Below, piece by piece: positions 1 through 13,665 of a DNA stretch of 64,000 nucleotides (positions are counted from its first letter, which is position 1; each line of letters opens with the position of its first letter). Source of the stretch: Chiloscyllium plagiosum (Eukaryota); contig NC_057752.1 of assembly GCF_004010195.1 (NCBI RefSeq), forward strand, positions 9,185,323-9,249,322, given 5' to 3'. Under the pieces are notes generated by a model. That model did no database searches, had not been told where the DNA came from, and saw only the letters and a list, made by a program, of their open reading frames with translations. The translations under genes were made by a program, and so were the position numbers.

Positions 1-1180
1 GGTGCCCTTCTGGTTCAGGTGCAACCCGTCCTGCTTGTACAGGTCCCACCTTCCCCTGAATGCAGTCCAATTGTCCAAATACCTGAAGCCCTCCCTCCTA
101 CACCATCCTTGCAGCCACGTGTTCAACTGCACTCTCCCTATTCCTTGCCTCACTGTCACGTGGCACCAGCAACAACCCAGAGATGACGACTCTGTCCGTC
201 CTAGCTTTTAGCTTCCAGCCTAACTGCCTGAGATCCTGAATGACCTCCCCACTCCTCTTCCTACCTATGTCGTTGGTGCCAATGTGCACCACGACTTCTG
301 GCTGCACACCCTCCCCCTTTTAAGGATTCTGAAGACACCAGTCTGAGACGTCTTGGACCCTGGCACCCGGGAGGCAACAAACCATCCCAGAGTCTCGCCC
401 ATGTCCACAGAACTGCCTGTCTGTCCCTCTAACTAGAAAGTCTCCTATAACTAGCGCTCTCCTCCTCTCCCCCTTTCCCTTCTGGGCCTCGGTGCCGGAC
501 CTCATGCCAGAGACCCGGTCACTGCAGCTTACCCCTGCTAGGCTGTTTTCACCCCCCCCCCCCCCCAACAGTATCCAAAGCAGTATACTTATTGTTGAGG
601 GGAACGACCACAGNNNNNNNNNNNNNNNNNNNNNNNNNNNNNNNNNNNNNNNNNNNNNNNNCCCAGCTACCTCTGTTCTCTGGCGTAACTATGTCCCTGT
701 AGCTTCTATCTATCACCCCCTCAGCCCCTCGAATAATCCTCAGTTCATCCAACTCCAGCTCCAGTTCCCTAATGCGGTCTGTGAGGAGCTGTAGCTGGCT
801 GCACTTCCTGCAGGTGAAGTCGGCAGGAGCATCGGTGGTCACCCCTACCTCAAACATCCTGCAGGAGGAACATTCCACTGCCTGTGCTGCCATAACTCTA
901 CACTTAGTCTCCAAAACAAGAACATTAAGTAGCTTACCTGTTCAGCCGACTGAGTCCTTTTATTTAGGTTGGAGGAGGAGGGAGGGTGGGAGACACTACA
1001 CATGTAGTGTCTCGGGTTCCTTCTCCACTCAGGCTTCTGGGAAGGCAAGAAGTTTCTGTTGACGACTTCTGGGTTCCTGCTCCTAGTTGGGGGAAAAAAA
1101 AACAGACTGTGAAAAGAAAAACGTTAATTTAAACTGGTCTCCGCTTACCTTCCGGCTCCCCTCTGTGCTCCCGCTGTTTG
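1..1180 (-). mobile_element. CR1-clade LINE, 5' part (5'UTR plus decayed ORF1: zinc finger, leucine zipper, SGNH esterase)
   Basis: Minus-strand ORFs read CSSCRMF...CRKCSQLQLLTDRIRELELEL, ALVIGDFLVRGTDR...VCCLPGARV and VVVHIGTNDIGR, the typical CR1 ORF1 motifs. Runs off the window edge. Confidence 0.9.
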
Positions 1181-4100
1181 ATGTGGGTTCTTTAAGTTTG
1201 AAATGCTGAGTGTTCAGAATTTTTCAATGATGGTCAGCACCCAGAAAACCTGCTACTGTATTCTTTCTGAATCACTTAATGTTACAATATATAAGATTGT
1301 AGGAGGGGACTGAGGGTTCAAAGGGCGAATACTGCATCATAGTTACTTTATTGAAGGGCATTTCGGTATCTGTCTGTTTCTCCCTCACCTTCTTACCCAC
1401 CTTCTTCTTTGCTGAGTAATCCGTTGCTGTGCCTTCTGGGTAGTCGTACATTGGTAATTAACTTCAGAATGGCTTCCTGCTCAGTTTTAATATGTGCTCA
1501 GTATGCCTTTTCTCTTTTTTTCTACACCAGTGAGACAGCTGGAGAGAGGAATGGACCATTGGTCCAGAGCTACAGATGGAATTATTGACTGTTCTATTAC
1601 TGCTTGGGTAACAAAACTATGCCTAACCCACTTTCAACCAAGGTAGATGTCTTCACCCCTTCGTGACCAAGAGGTCATGTTTCCCAAACGAGCTCTGCTT
1701 CTGATTATAATCTTGCTGTACAATCTTTTGGGACATTACTGATCGCAATTTGATAAATGGTGTGCAAAACTGGAAATTTCATTTAAGAGAACTCCTTGTG
1801 CAATTAGTAAATTAAAAGTGTTTATTTTTTGGTATCTATTTCAACCCAATTGATACAACAGTGCATTTAAAGGCAGGTTTTCAGGTAGACTGTAAAGCTT
1901 CCCCAGGAGATCTATCATGTAATAAAATGCTATTTACTTCAACAGTTCAGCAAACCTGGGCCTCTTTTGGTAAGTGAATAATTCAAACGATTGATTGCAA
2001 TACAACACTGGGATATGCCTGAAATAATTTATGCTTGGGGCATGCAGGGTGGTCTGGGAATTTTTTGTTCATCGTGCAGTTCTTTGCTCTGGATAACCCC
2101 TTCTAGTTCACCTCAATTGGCTGGTCAAGAAGTCTGTTGCAAGGGTCCATTTTTATAAGCTGGCTTTGGTATAGGTGAATAACATTATCAGCGCAAGACC
2201 AAAGGCACTTTTTGACAATGTCAAGGTGAAATATTCTGTTTGCTCTCAGCTGTGCAACAATTTAAATCAATTGAAAATCTGGCAGAATGTTGAAAAAGGG
2301 CACATAGCGATCACGTTTTAAGTCCGCTTAGCTATTCTTGAAGCTTGGCAAATATCCTGAACTGCAAGGAAATAATAAACCTGCATATCAAACAAATATT
2401 AGTCAGAACATTGGAGGTGGGGTGGAATTTAAACCAATGGATGCACATATGGCTAACTGTTACACAATCCTTGTAATAGTTCTTGTGAAACTGAAATCCT
2501 TTTTTTTCCCTTTTAGCCACTTTGTCTCTGCCATTGACTGGGATGTGCTGCTGGTTACTGAAGCTCATGATTTTCCTCTTGGAATCACAATCGTGGAAAG
2601 ATATTGCAGAATTGAAATTTAAAGTAAACTTGAGTTTTGGTATCAAAAACCAAATAGTTGACAAACATCCTGCAGGAAACCTAGAGTAAATTACATTCAA
2701 AGGGAAATTGAATAAATTGCAGCTCGATAATTTCAATTTGTATGAAAAGATTGACCACCTTGCAGTCATTACACCACCAAAGGAGACTAAATACCATCTA
2801 CTGTCTTTATAACCTAATTGTTCCAATTTCCTTGTTTTATCCCAATATTCTAGTATACTTATTTCCATCAAAACAAATCTAATAATCTTTTGAAAATCAC
2901 TGGTCTTTTCCAGTTTTCTTCAGTCTAATAGACAGAGTTCCAAGTTATTATCACCCATTGTATTTTGCTTTTCAAAAAAAAAGTTAGGACCATTTTAGTT
3001 CTTGTGTTTTCTGTACAATCAGCTAATGGGAGCAGCTTTCTTTGTCCATTTTCTTTTCCCCCCTCTGGAACAGGTGGGACACTACCACTGCACTAATGGG
3101 GCACACTTTTGTGAATTTTATTTTCTAATCAACCTGTTCAGAGATATTATGCACCTCCTGGAGGAGGTGAGACTAGACCCTGGGCATCCCTAGTCTAGGG
3201 CAGAGACTTGCTATAAGAGGGCCCAGGTACAGGCACCTGTTCTAACCTTGTACACCTGCCTCCGATGTCTCCTGAACATCCTTTTGCTCTAGGGAGATCA
3301 ATCCCAGCTTCTCTAACTTGACCTTGTAGCTATAATCTAAAACTTCCCATTCGTAAAATAAATTTGGTAGGATGTGTGATGTGCTAAGATACTGCAAGAG
3401 TCAAATTTAGCATCTTACATAATCCATTGGAACTGCAAAGGTTGAGCTCTTAAACTGTGTTGAGGTGGAATTATTGTTGGTCGCAAAATCTCAACTTAAC
3501 AAGGGATGTCAAACATACTTCAAAATGGAGTTGTCATTTCTGTGTTTTGAGGAACGCCTTGATATGAACAGCTTCAATATTGAGACCTTGAGTTGGTCTA
3601 TGTTAAATGAAGTGTAGGGGAGATAATGTGCTTTCATATGGAAGGTCACAATTTGAGGAGCAAAACCTTTTTTTCTATCTTTTTAAGTCCCCATGGTGGA
3701 AACAATGGTGATGTAATTTATTATCAGAGCAGCCAAGATTGCTAAGATCATATGTTGCCTAAGAGCTGACTTCATTTTTTGTGCATTCCTAACTTGTTTG
3801 TACAAATTTTTTTACAACCTGGAATTTAAATACTGTGCAATAATATTTGTTTTAAGATGTTTGTAGTCTGAGCTAACATTAAATTCAGTCTGTTATAGTG
3901 TGGGTTAAGTATTTTGTATAAGATCTTTTATCCAGAAATTAGAGTTGGTGCTTAAATGTAAGTACAATAATAGTTTTGAAAAGTTTAACTTGCCATTTTA
4001 ACAGAAGTGGTAAGTTTCTTCAAGGAATGTATCTTTTAGTCATTCTGTAAATGTGGCATATTGCTTGGATAGCACGCTATAATATTGTGAAAGACCAAGA

Positions 4101-5255
4101 AAATATAGACAACTTTAGTCTGCTCGTGATCTCTTTCTTTAAACCTTTTTTTTTCCACTCCACCACCACCAAACAGCATATTTAATACACAATGCTATTC
4201 CTTTTACATTCTGCCTTAACCTTTTTAAATTGCTCAATGAGATGGCACTTATGGCAGTTCACATGAGCATCCGCTACTTCTCAAAAGCAAGGAAGAAAAT
4301 GGATGGAAGAAGACAACAGATGATACAATTCCTGAACAGTCAGATGAAATGGATAGAAAAATCAGAATCCTTCCACATTTAACTTGTTCCCTTATAAAGT
4401 GCTGCTTTCTTGATTTTTTTCTTCTTTTCTGTGCATGTATTTATGTTGATATGATGTTCTATTATCATATTCTTGAAAGACAAAACTTCCTGCCCCTTTT
4501 TTTTTTTGGATGTATCAGTCCTGCTGCCTTGTTCTACAAAAATGCATTTGATTGCCTTTGGCTCCTTCAGTATTGTCTGATTTTGATTACCTTTCTACTC
4601 TAACAATTGTGTTCTTTTTGAAAGCAAAATCTACCCGACTTAATTTCTTATTGCTAACTTCCAAGGTTTTAGCTTCTTAGCTTGGAATTTTGTTCCCCAG
4701 ATCCATTTTATGAATGTTCTCCCATTACTTTGCTTTATTTTAAACTAGGTCTCTGTCAATTTTCCTCTTCCATAGATCATTCTTTTAATCTTTCCTCAGC
4801 TCCAATATTTAAGAATTTTAACTATCTAAGGTTATCTGTGGTTTATGTCCAGGAGTCTGTGACCCATCTCACCAGGGAAGTCCTATATTTGATCTCCAGC
4901 TCCTGCAGTGTTAGTATATTTCAACTGGCACACACTGCCTCAATAAAAGATTTGGGTTAGCGAAGGCAAAATTACTAAATGTTCCCATAACTACTACAGT
5001 TTATTAACGCTCTCTTTCTGTAAAAGTAAGTTTGGACAATGTCTGTCTGAAAGTAGGCTCTGGTTCTGAGTCTGAAATGTGAAGAATGATGCACCTTCCT
5101 TGCAGCATGGAAATCTCTCTAGGAGGGAGCAGTGTAGGGTGGATTAGCAAGGGTGGGGAAAGAAAAAAAAATGCTTCCAGGTATTCTGGGAAATTTTAAT
5201 TTTAATGAAAAGAATTGTCATATACCTTCTTCCTTCAAAAACCTACTTCAATCTT

Positions 5256-5476
5256 AGGAGAAAGTGAGGGCTGCAGATGCTGGAGAGTCAGTTGAAAAGT
5301 ATGGTGCTGGAAAAGCATAGCAGGTCAGGCAGCATCTAAGGAGCAGGAGAATCGACGATTTGGGCATAAGCTCTACATCAGACATTCCTGAACTGAAACG
5401 TCGACTCTCCTACTCCTTGGATGCTGCCTGACCTGCTGTGCTTTTTATTTTTCTCAGTACCATGCTTTTTAACTCC
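5256..5476. mobile_element. PLE-derived fold-back (palindromic) element, degenerate
   Basis: Arms agcaggtcaggcagcatc / gatgctgcctgacctgct. Flanking direct repeat cctacttcaatctt (5242-5255) / ccttcttcaatctt (5477-5490). Same family as 32801-32996. Confidence 0.8.
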
Positions 5477-5639
5477 CCTTCTTCAATCTTGCCTTTTTTT
5501 ACCATTCTAGTTACTTGCATTTTGGAATGTTTTACTAAGTTAAAGGCACTACAAAAGTTGTTCACTCGACCTTTTTCTTGCTTTAATGTTCTTTTTGTTC
5601 AGAAAAAACAAGTTCTTTAACTAATCTTTTTGGTTTCCT

Positions 5640-6095
5640 GAGCTGTCAAGTTTTATTTGCAGATGTTTCATCACTGTACAAGGTAACATCATCAGTGAGC
5701 GCTGGTGAGCGCTCATCAGTAACATCATCAGTGAGCCTCCAGTGAAGCGCTGGTGTCCTGTCCTGCTTGCTGTTTATGTAATCTGGTTTGCTGAGATGGG
5801 TGGTATCCTTTCTGGTTTTGTTGTTTATCAGTGGTTGGTATATGGGGTCTAACTCTACATGTTTTGTTAATGGGGTTCCGTGTTGAGTGCCAGGCCTCCA
5901 GGAATTCCTGTGCATGTACCGGGACACACACATCAACCGGGACACACATCAACCAGGACAGAACACTAACGCTTTACTAGAGGTGCCCTGATGATGTTAA
6001 CTAGTGTATGGTGATGAAATGAGTGCAAACAACTTAGTAGCTCAGCGAGCAAGCCAACAACCTCCTCCATAACTTGCGGTACACGTCTTCTCTAG
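5640..6095 (-). mobile_element. Penelope/Poseidon-type PLE 3' fragment with inverted pLTR copy
   Basis: Minus frames give AQEFLEAWHSTRNPINK and HVELDPIYQPL, resembling the Poseidon-type C-terminus. CTGATGA..GAAAC motif on the minus strand (5660-5697) and a degenerate copy on the plus strand (~5988-6020). Confidence 0.7.
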
Positions 6096-6267
6096 GGCTG
6101 TTTATTGCAAGTGAACTTTGCATTCTCTCTCTTTTATCAGCTTGAATTTAATGAAATTCCTCCCAACCAATCTCCTGCCATCAACCTTCATTGTTCAAAC
6201 AAAATGGGTCATAAAATCAATAGAGGTTGCAACAGGGATGAGAAAATAAATGGAAGAAGTAAAAGGG

Positions 6268-6916
6268 TCACAGAGTCATAGAGATGTACAGCATGGAAAC
6301 AGACCCTTCAGTCCAACTCGTCCATGCTGACCAGATATCCTAACCTAATCTAGTCCCTCTTGGCCCATATCCCTCCAAACCCTTCCTATTCATATACCCA
6401 TCCAGATGCCTTTTAAATGCTGTAATTGTACCAGCCTCTTCCATTTCCTCTGGCAGCTCATTCCATACACCAACCACCCTCTGCGTGAAAAAATTGCCCC
6501 CGAGGTCCCTTTTTATATCTTGCCCCTCTCACCCTAAACCTATGCCTTCTAGTTCTGGCTTCCCCCACCCCAGGGAAAAGGCTTTGTTTATTTATCCTAT
6601 CCATGCCCCTCATGATTTTGTAAACCTCGATATGGTCACCCCTCAGCCTCCGAAGCTCCAGGGAAAACAGCCCCAGCCTATTCAACCTCTCCCAATAGCT
6701 CAAACCCTCCAACCCTGGCAACATCCTTGTAAATCTTTTCTGAACCCATCTTCCGTTTCACAACATGCTCCCTGTAGCAGGGAGACCGGAATTGCACGCA
6801 ATATTCCAAAAGTGGCCTAAACAGTGTCCTGTATAGCCACAGCATGACCCCTCGACTCCACACTGTTCTGTCCAATAAAGGAAAGCATACTAAATGCCTT
6901 CACTATGCTATGTCTT
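6268..6916 (-). mobile_element. CR1 LINE 3' fragment
   Basis: RT C-terminus (LEYCVQF, MLPGLEGLSYWERLNRLGLFSLELRRLRGD) and CR1 3' tail. Confidence 0.9.
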
Positions 6917-7519
6917 GATTATGAATTTGTAAAATGGTACTGATTGTAATATTTGCACAACAAAATTGTTGCACAAAAGTTACAACAAGGCAAAACCTTA
7001 ATGAAGAAAGTAAAGGCTGTTTGAGCATCCCATAACTTTGGTTTGATAATGTAGAACTTGCACAAAACTTCTCTTGCATTATTACAGTATATTATGCTGT
7101 GCAAAGATGCTCTCTCTTACTGCTCCCATCCTCTGTTTTGATCAGAAGGTCTCTGGTTCACCTTCTAGTCTGCTGAGTTGTGAGTAAAGTTGCAATAATC
7201 CTAAATGACAATAGGGTTGCTCGCTCATTAGAGAGTGAGAGACAACTGGTGGGTGAGTTTAACCTGAGGGTCACCACCCCTCAAGGCAGAGTTGAGAAAA
7301 CAGCACCTTCATGGTTACGTCAGCTGGTTTGCTCAGTTGGATGGATGGTAAGTTTGCAATGTAGAGTAAGCCAACAGCATGGGTTCAGTTTTGCTGAGTT
7401 GATCTCTGCTTTGACAGCTGTAAAATGCTTTGGTTGGCTGGGGGTTTCCAGTGAAAGGCACAAATTAGCGATTGTGAGCTTGTTCTACTTATTGTTCTTG
7501 CATGACTTCATATGTCTAG

Positions 7520-8205
7520 GCCATAAGACCATAAAATATAAGAGGCCATTTGGCCCATCAAATCAGCTCTGCCATTTGTTCATGGCTGGTATGTTTCTCA
7601 ACCCTGTTCTCCTGCCTACTCTCTGTAACCCTTGATCCTCTTGCTAATCAAGAACCTATCTATTTCTGTTTTAATGACTTTGCCTCCACAGCCCTCTATG
7701 GCAATGAGCTCCACAGATTGACCACCCTATGGCTAAAGGAATTTCTCCCTAAAGAATCATCCTTCACTCCTAAAGCTGTGCTCCTCGGTCCTGGTCTCTC
7801 CTTCTGGTAGAAACAACTTCTCCACGTCCACTCTGTCCAGGTCTCTCCATATTCTGTAAGTTTTTGATAACCCCCTCATTCTTCTAAAGTCCCATCGAAT
7901 ACACACCCAGAGTCCTCAACTTTGCCCCTTCTGACATGCCCTTCATGCCCGTGCCTTAGAAATCTCTTCTGCACCCCCTCCCAAAGCTAGTGTGTTCTTT
8001 CTTAGGATATAGAACCCAAAATTGCTCTCAATCTTCCAAATACAGTCTGACCAGAGCCTTATACAGTCCTCTTGAAATGAATGCTAACATTGTACTTGCC
8101 TTCCTAAGGCCAACTGAACCTGTATGTTAATCTTAAGAGAATTCTGAACTAAACTGGAGTCCCTTTTGAGCTTCAGATTTCTGAAGCCATTCCCCATTTA
8201 GAATT
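7520..8205 (-). mobile_element. Older CR1 LINE 3' fragment
   Basis: Degenerate CR1 tail (ccataagaccataa..ggccatttggcccatc) followed by RT C-terminal homology. Confidence 0.7.
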
Positions 8206-9857
8206 CCTTTTTTAAAAAGAGAAATACTTTTGGGTGTTCCTTGAAACCTGTTTGTTAGTTAAGCTCTTAGTCATCTGTTCAAAATGGCTGTTTTTTTGTC
8301 TTTTGAGCTACTGTGATTCTGACTTTGTTCAAATACACCACCTACGTATCAGTTGGTGTTGCACTGATCCTTTTAAGGGACGTAGTTATTGAGATGAGAA
8401 ATTAATTCTGCTTTCTCCTGTCTGATTCACTTACTGCCATTCATTTGCCCGGGCTTGCATTTCATAAATAGTGAAGTACCTAGAAGACAGGTTTGTTTTG
8501 ATGTGGAACTGTACCCTAGCAAGGATCTGTGTATTTTGGGGGTGGGGAGAGCCACGAAACTTGATTTCTGATTTTGGGAACTTAGACAAAAAATAGTTTT
8601 TAAAACTGCCTTGTGCAGACTTTAACAATGGAGGGGTGGGGAATTGAATACTTTGTTTGCAATAGCTTGGAGCAGAAGGCTTTCGTTATTTTTGTTCTTT
8701 TTTACGTGGAGGGAATTTTTTAATTTGGGTCTGTAACTGGGTGTGGACTGAAACTATTGAGAATGGTGCCAGCTGCAGAGTTGTGGCTTTTTAGAAATTG
8801 TTGGCAGACAATGATTGAAATGTATTTGCAGACAGGTTTGGTGTCGGAGTTATTTGTGCAATCAGTTTTATGCCCTTCTACATGATAACTGTACTTGGAG
8901 ACACAGCATTTTTGTAATTGAACCCAAATGCCAGATAGAAAATTTGGGGAACTGGGGTGTTGCCATGAATTTTGATTTACTTTTGTCTAATTAAAGAAAC
9001 ATGTCATGTCCTTTTGATCCCAGATCAGTTTGTGCTTTTGGTTTAGATTTCAAAGTGGTCTGTTTCATGGATGGAATGATTAATGATTTGGTAGGGACTT
9101 TCATAATTGGGGTTTACACCTCCGCAGACATGTATGTAATTACTTTTGGATGGTACAAATTTTGCATGTTTTCAGCTGTGCGTTATAATATGCATTGACA
9201 AATTCGGAGTGTAAAAGCATCTCTCTGAAACCAGATATCATATTCTGGCATCTTGTCAGATGAGGTAATTTGTGTGCAGATCAAATGAAATATGATGTGC
9301 ATCATGCAACTGGATGGAATTATTATCAGGAGAGTGAAACTTCTTTTTTTGGCTTACCCAAAGACATTCACTGGAAATTGTCCTTGTCCAAACGTTTTAA
9401 GTGTGGCATGTGGATTTAGGAAGCATTAAAAATCTTGCCATTTTGATAATGTACTAATTTTGCCCTTTGAACCAGGTGCTTAGCTGCTTACTCAAAATGC
9501 TTTTGGATCTCTTGGTACATTTTAAGATGCTTCATTAGTGTCAATTGTTATTGGTCAGAATGTTGAGCAATTTTGAATTTGACTAGATTTTGAAGAATAT
9601 CTATAAAGTAACAGATTGGAAGATGACTATGCTTTAGAAATCTTTGTCTTTTTAACATTTCATTGTAATTTCCAGCTCCCTTCTACTTGCAAGGCAAGTG
9701 AAAGTTTGTGGACACACTTGCAGAAACTGGGTGTTGAGCATTCTTACAGCAATGTTAACATCACCTATTTGCATGTTGCCAGTGAGACGCAGGTTATTGT
9801 TGCTGATCCTCTTTCATACAGATTTGGCTTGGGGAATGGCTTCTAGCAGAGTGCTTT

Positions 9858-10623
9858 AGGGAACATCTCTGGGACACCTGCACCAATCAACCACACCGCC
9901 CTGTGGCCCAACATTTCAACTCTCCTTTCCCCCCCTGCACTCAGCCGAGGACATGGAGGTCCTGGGCCTCCTTCACCGCCGCTTCCTCACCACCAGATGC
10001 CTAGAGGAAGAACGCCTCATCTTCCGCCTCGGAACATTTCAACCCCAGGGCATCAATGTGGACTTCAACAGTTTCCTCATNNNNNNNNNNNNNNNNNNNN
10101 NNNNNNNNNNNNNNNNNNNNNNNNNNNNNNNNNNNNNNNNNNNNNNNNNNNNNNNNNNNNNNNNNNNNNNNNNNNNNNNNNNNNNNNNNNNNNNNNNNNN
10201 NNNNNNNNNNNNNNNNNNNNNNNNNNNNNNNNNNNNNNNNNNNNNNNNNNNNNNNNNNNNNNNNNNNNNNNNNNNNNNNNNNNNNNNNNNNNNNNNNNNN
10301 NNNNNNNNNNNNNNNNNNNNNNNNNNNNNNNNNNNNNNNNNNNNNNNNNNNNNNNNNNNNNNNNNNNNNNNNNNNNNNNNNNNNNNNNNNNNNNNNNNNN
10401 NNNNNNNNNNNNNNNNNNNNNNNNNNNNNNNNNNNNNNNNNNNNNNNNNNNNNNNNNNNNNNNNNNNNNNNNNNNNNNNNNNNNNNNNNNNNNNNNNNNA
10501 TGAAGGGCTTTTGCCCGAAACGTTGATTTTCCTGCTCCTCGGATGCTGCCTGAACTGCTGTGCTTTTCCAGCACCACACTAATCTAGAATCTGGTTTCCA
10601 GCATCTGCAGTCATTGTTTTTAC
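9858..10623 (+). mobile_element. Neptune-type PLE 3' end (GIY-YIG C-terminus plus pLTR), spanning an N-gap
   Basis: EHLWDT..NQPHRPVAQHFNS..HSAEDMEVLGL...EERLIFRLGTFQPQGINVDFNSF before the gap. After the gap: atgaagggcttttgcccgaaacgtt (hammerhead core, 5' end in the gap) and the tail shared with the palindromic elements. Confidence 0.8.
10081..10499. other. Assembly gap (other gaps at 614-661 and 60661-61160)
   Basis: Runs of N. Confidence 1.
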
Positions 10624-12179
10624 TGAATGGCTAGAAGAGGAGAGGGTCCAAAGATTGGTACTTTACAACCTGACAGGAGCCACTCTGTTCCCATTGAGTG
10701 AGACTGAGTGTCTAGACTTGGCCAGATTTTTGCTTTTTTTTCCCCTTAAACAAAAATGCCCTCTTTCTGAAATCTGTCACCAAGAAAAGCATCCACATTT
10801 ATGATGTGGAGATGTGGGTTTTGGGCTTGGGTGGACAAAGTCAGAAGTCCCATGATACCAGTTTTTTGTCCAACAGGTTTATTTAAAATTTTAAATACTG
10901 TCTCCTGAAAGATACACCGCTTAAATGAATTTGGCTCTTAAGAGTATTTTTTAAAGTGTGTAATTGTTTCCCTACAAGTCCTGTCTCTTAACTTGTTTTC
11001 TTTATGGAAGTGACAATTTGAATAACCAGACCATGGAGATTTGTTTGCCAGCACAACACTTAAGGTTTCAGTTTCATCAAGAATGATTCAAAACAATATT
11101 TGATTGAAACTCTGGGGAAATTCATGTACTGTACAAGCTTGCCTTTTTCCCACAACCAACCCAAGTGGGGTTTGCTCGGGATGGAGTGGCTAACAGTTTT
11201 TTGCACAGTTCACTCTGTTGACCACGCTCAGATCCTGGAAAGTCATGATTCTGACTCTTGGCTGGTAATTAACTTTTTTTAATTGTGTGCAAGTATATTT
11301 GCAGCACCAATCATTTTCTAATCCTGCCACACACACTACTGATTTGTAGAAATCCCTCCAGTGTTTATCGTTACTGGAAGACTGCATGTTTGCTTCTTAC
11401 TGAAATGATCTCATATTAGAAATTGAGGCAAAATATTGTTTTTAAGAAATAACCAGGGTTTGTTATTCACTTCAGTTTTTTTTAAGACTAGTGTACTGTG
11501 ACTTGCATCAAAATTGTTACTGTTTGTTTTTCTTCCAAAATTACACACACCCAGATTTTAAACCTCCCCTGGATTTCAATACCACTTTTCAGTGCTGTTA
11601 AAATGTATTGACTTTATATAGCCCAATTTTCAGCATTTTCATATGTTGTGATCTTGCCCAACTGCCTCCACTGTAGGAAGTCCAAGCTAACTGGGTGGAT
11701 TAAAGCATAGGATTTATTTCCACTAGCTGCTTATTGAATGACCAGAATTGGATCATGCATAGAAAAATCTAGCATCCTGTTGCCTTTGACTAGCATTTTC
11801 TGATAATGTAGTGTTCATTCTAATACTGATGTCCTATTAAATTGTTTCAAAGTAGGGAAGTTTTGTGACAACTGTGCCAGGTGTTAATGTGACCATGCCT
11901 ATAGTAGTATGCACTGGTTTAGTCTCTTTATTTCCGAGTGGTTGTAAATGCACTGGAATCGATTCAGAGAAGGTTCACTAGGTTGACTCCTGTGTTGAAG
12001 GAGTTGTCTTGAGGGAAAGGTTGAGCAGGTTGGACCTATACTCCTTTCGGTATTTAGAAGTGATTTGATCGAAACCTCAAAATCTTATGTTCCTCAACAG
12101 GGTAGATATTGATTCCCCTCATGGAGGAATCCAAGTGATAGAAAGATGTGACTCCTTATTCTTGAAATGAAGGTGGAGA

Positions 12180-12785
12180 TGTTGGGTTCTTTTCCCGAGG
12201 TTTTGCGCACAAAATGCAATTCGCACACAGCAACTTCTACAAAGAGTTAAAGTTTATTAAAGCTTGTACAAGCCAGGTGACCCCCTTGCAGCTGTGCAAG
12301 GTAGAGTCAAAATGAGGCCCTGAACAAAGAAAACACAATACCTTTTAAGCAGGTCAGTTGGCCATGCCTACAGATGCTCTGGCAGCTCTCCACAGTCACA
12401 TGGCACTCAAGACAACCCTCACAGTCACCTGTTACCCCAGGTACAATGGTAGGATGAGATCATCCTCTGAGATGATGCAAATGTTAATGTCCTATTCCTG
12501 GGGAATCATTATGCAGATGTCCTGACTCAGTGATTCCCCAACACAATGCAGGTGCGACATACCTCTGGCCAGAAAGCATTTCTGGATGGAAAAGATTAAA
12601 TGGTAGTTTTTTCCCCTGCTATTGTCACATTAATAACAAATGGCGGTCTAGATGCAGTGTAAATTAACAACAGTGGATAGTCATCCACATTCTTTCATGA
12701 TTGTTTACCCCCCCCAAACAGTGTGGCTTAACCCTTTAATATTTACAGTTAATGTCCAGAGAGATTCCCAACTAATCTTTTAACA
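12180..12785 (-). mobile_element. Possible solo LTR
   Basis: TGTT...AACA ends and a minus-strand AATAAA near 12253. No convincing TSD. Confidence 0.3.
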
Positions 12786-12876
12786 CCGATGTATGCGCAA
12801 ACGTTGACCTTCTCCTGGGAAATAAGGGAGGGCAGGTACTGAGGTGTAAGTGGGGAAGCACTTTGGAGCCAATGAT

Positions 12877-13665
12877 CATAGAACAATATAGTAAAGTACA
12901 GGTTCTTCAGCCCACGATGTTGTGCCGAGCATTTATCTTGATAAAGATCAACTTAACCTACACACCCCTCAATTTACTGCCGTCCATGTGCTTGTCAAGC
13001 AGTCGCTTAAATGTCTCTAATGTCTCTGACTCTACTACCACCACTGCTGGCAGTGCATTCCACACACCCACCACTCTCTGCATAAAGAACCTACCTCTGG
13101 CATCTCCCCTATACCTTCCTTCAATCACCTTAACATTATGGCCTCTCATGACAATCATTTCTGCCCTGGGGAAAAGTCTCTGCTATCTACTCTATCTATG
13201 CCTCTCATTTCCTTGTGCACCTCGATCAAGTCACCTCTCTGCCACCGCCTTTCCAGTATAAAAAGCCCTAGCTCACTCAATCTCTCTTCATAAGACATGC
13301 CCTCCAATCCAGGCAGCATCCTGGTAAATCTCCTCTGCACCCTCTCTAAATCATCTATATCCTTCCTATAATGAGGCAACTGGAACTGGACACAATATTC
13401 CAAGTGTGGTCTAACCAGGGTTTTATAGAACTGCAGCAAAATCTCACTGCTCTTAAACTCAATCTCTCTGTTAATGAAAACCAAAACACCACATGCTGCC
13501 TTAACAGCCCTATCAATTTGGATGGCAACTTTGAGGGATCTCTGTACGTGGATCCCAGTATCCCATTGTTCCTCCACACTGCCAAGAATCCTGTCTTTAA
13601 TCCTGTATTCAGCATTCAAATTCAACCTTCCAAAATGAATCACTTTACATTTATCCAGGTTGAAC
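12877..13665 (-). mobile_element. CR1 LINE 3' fragment
   Basis: ORF 13155-13709: FNLDKCKVIHFG...YKTLVRPHLEYCVQF...LERVQRRFTRMLPGL. Confidence 0.92.

Noticed and set aside
1500..1975. Possible acceptor at 1530 and a small exon 1946-1969 ending in gtaagt
   Set aside because: Weaker site pairing and no coding or conservation support.
2332..2871. 179-aa minus-strand ORF
   Set aside because: Non-ATG start, AT-rich, no recognisable motif or splice context. Likely chance.
9997..10582. Long ORFs of 150-200 aa across 10081-10499, and similar ones across 60661-61160
   Set aside because: They consist mostly of X from N-gaps.
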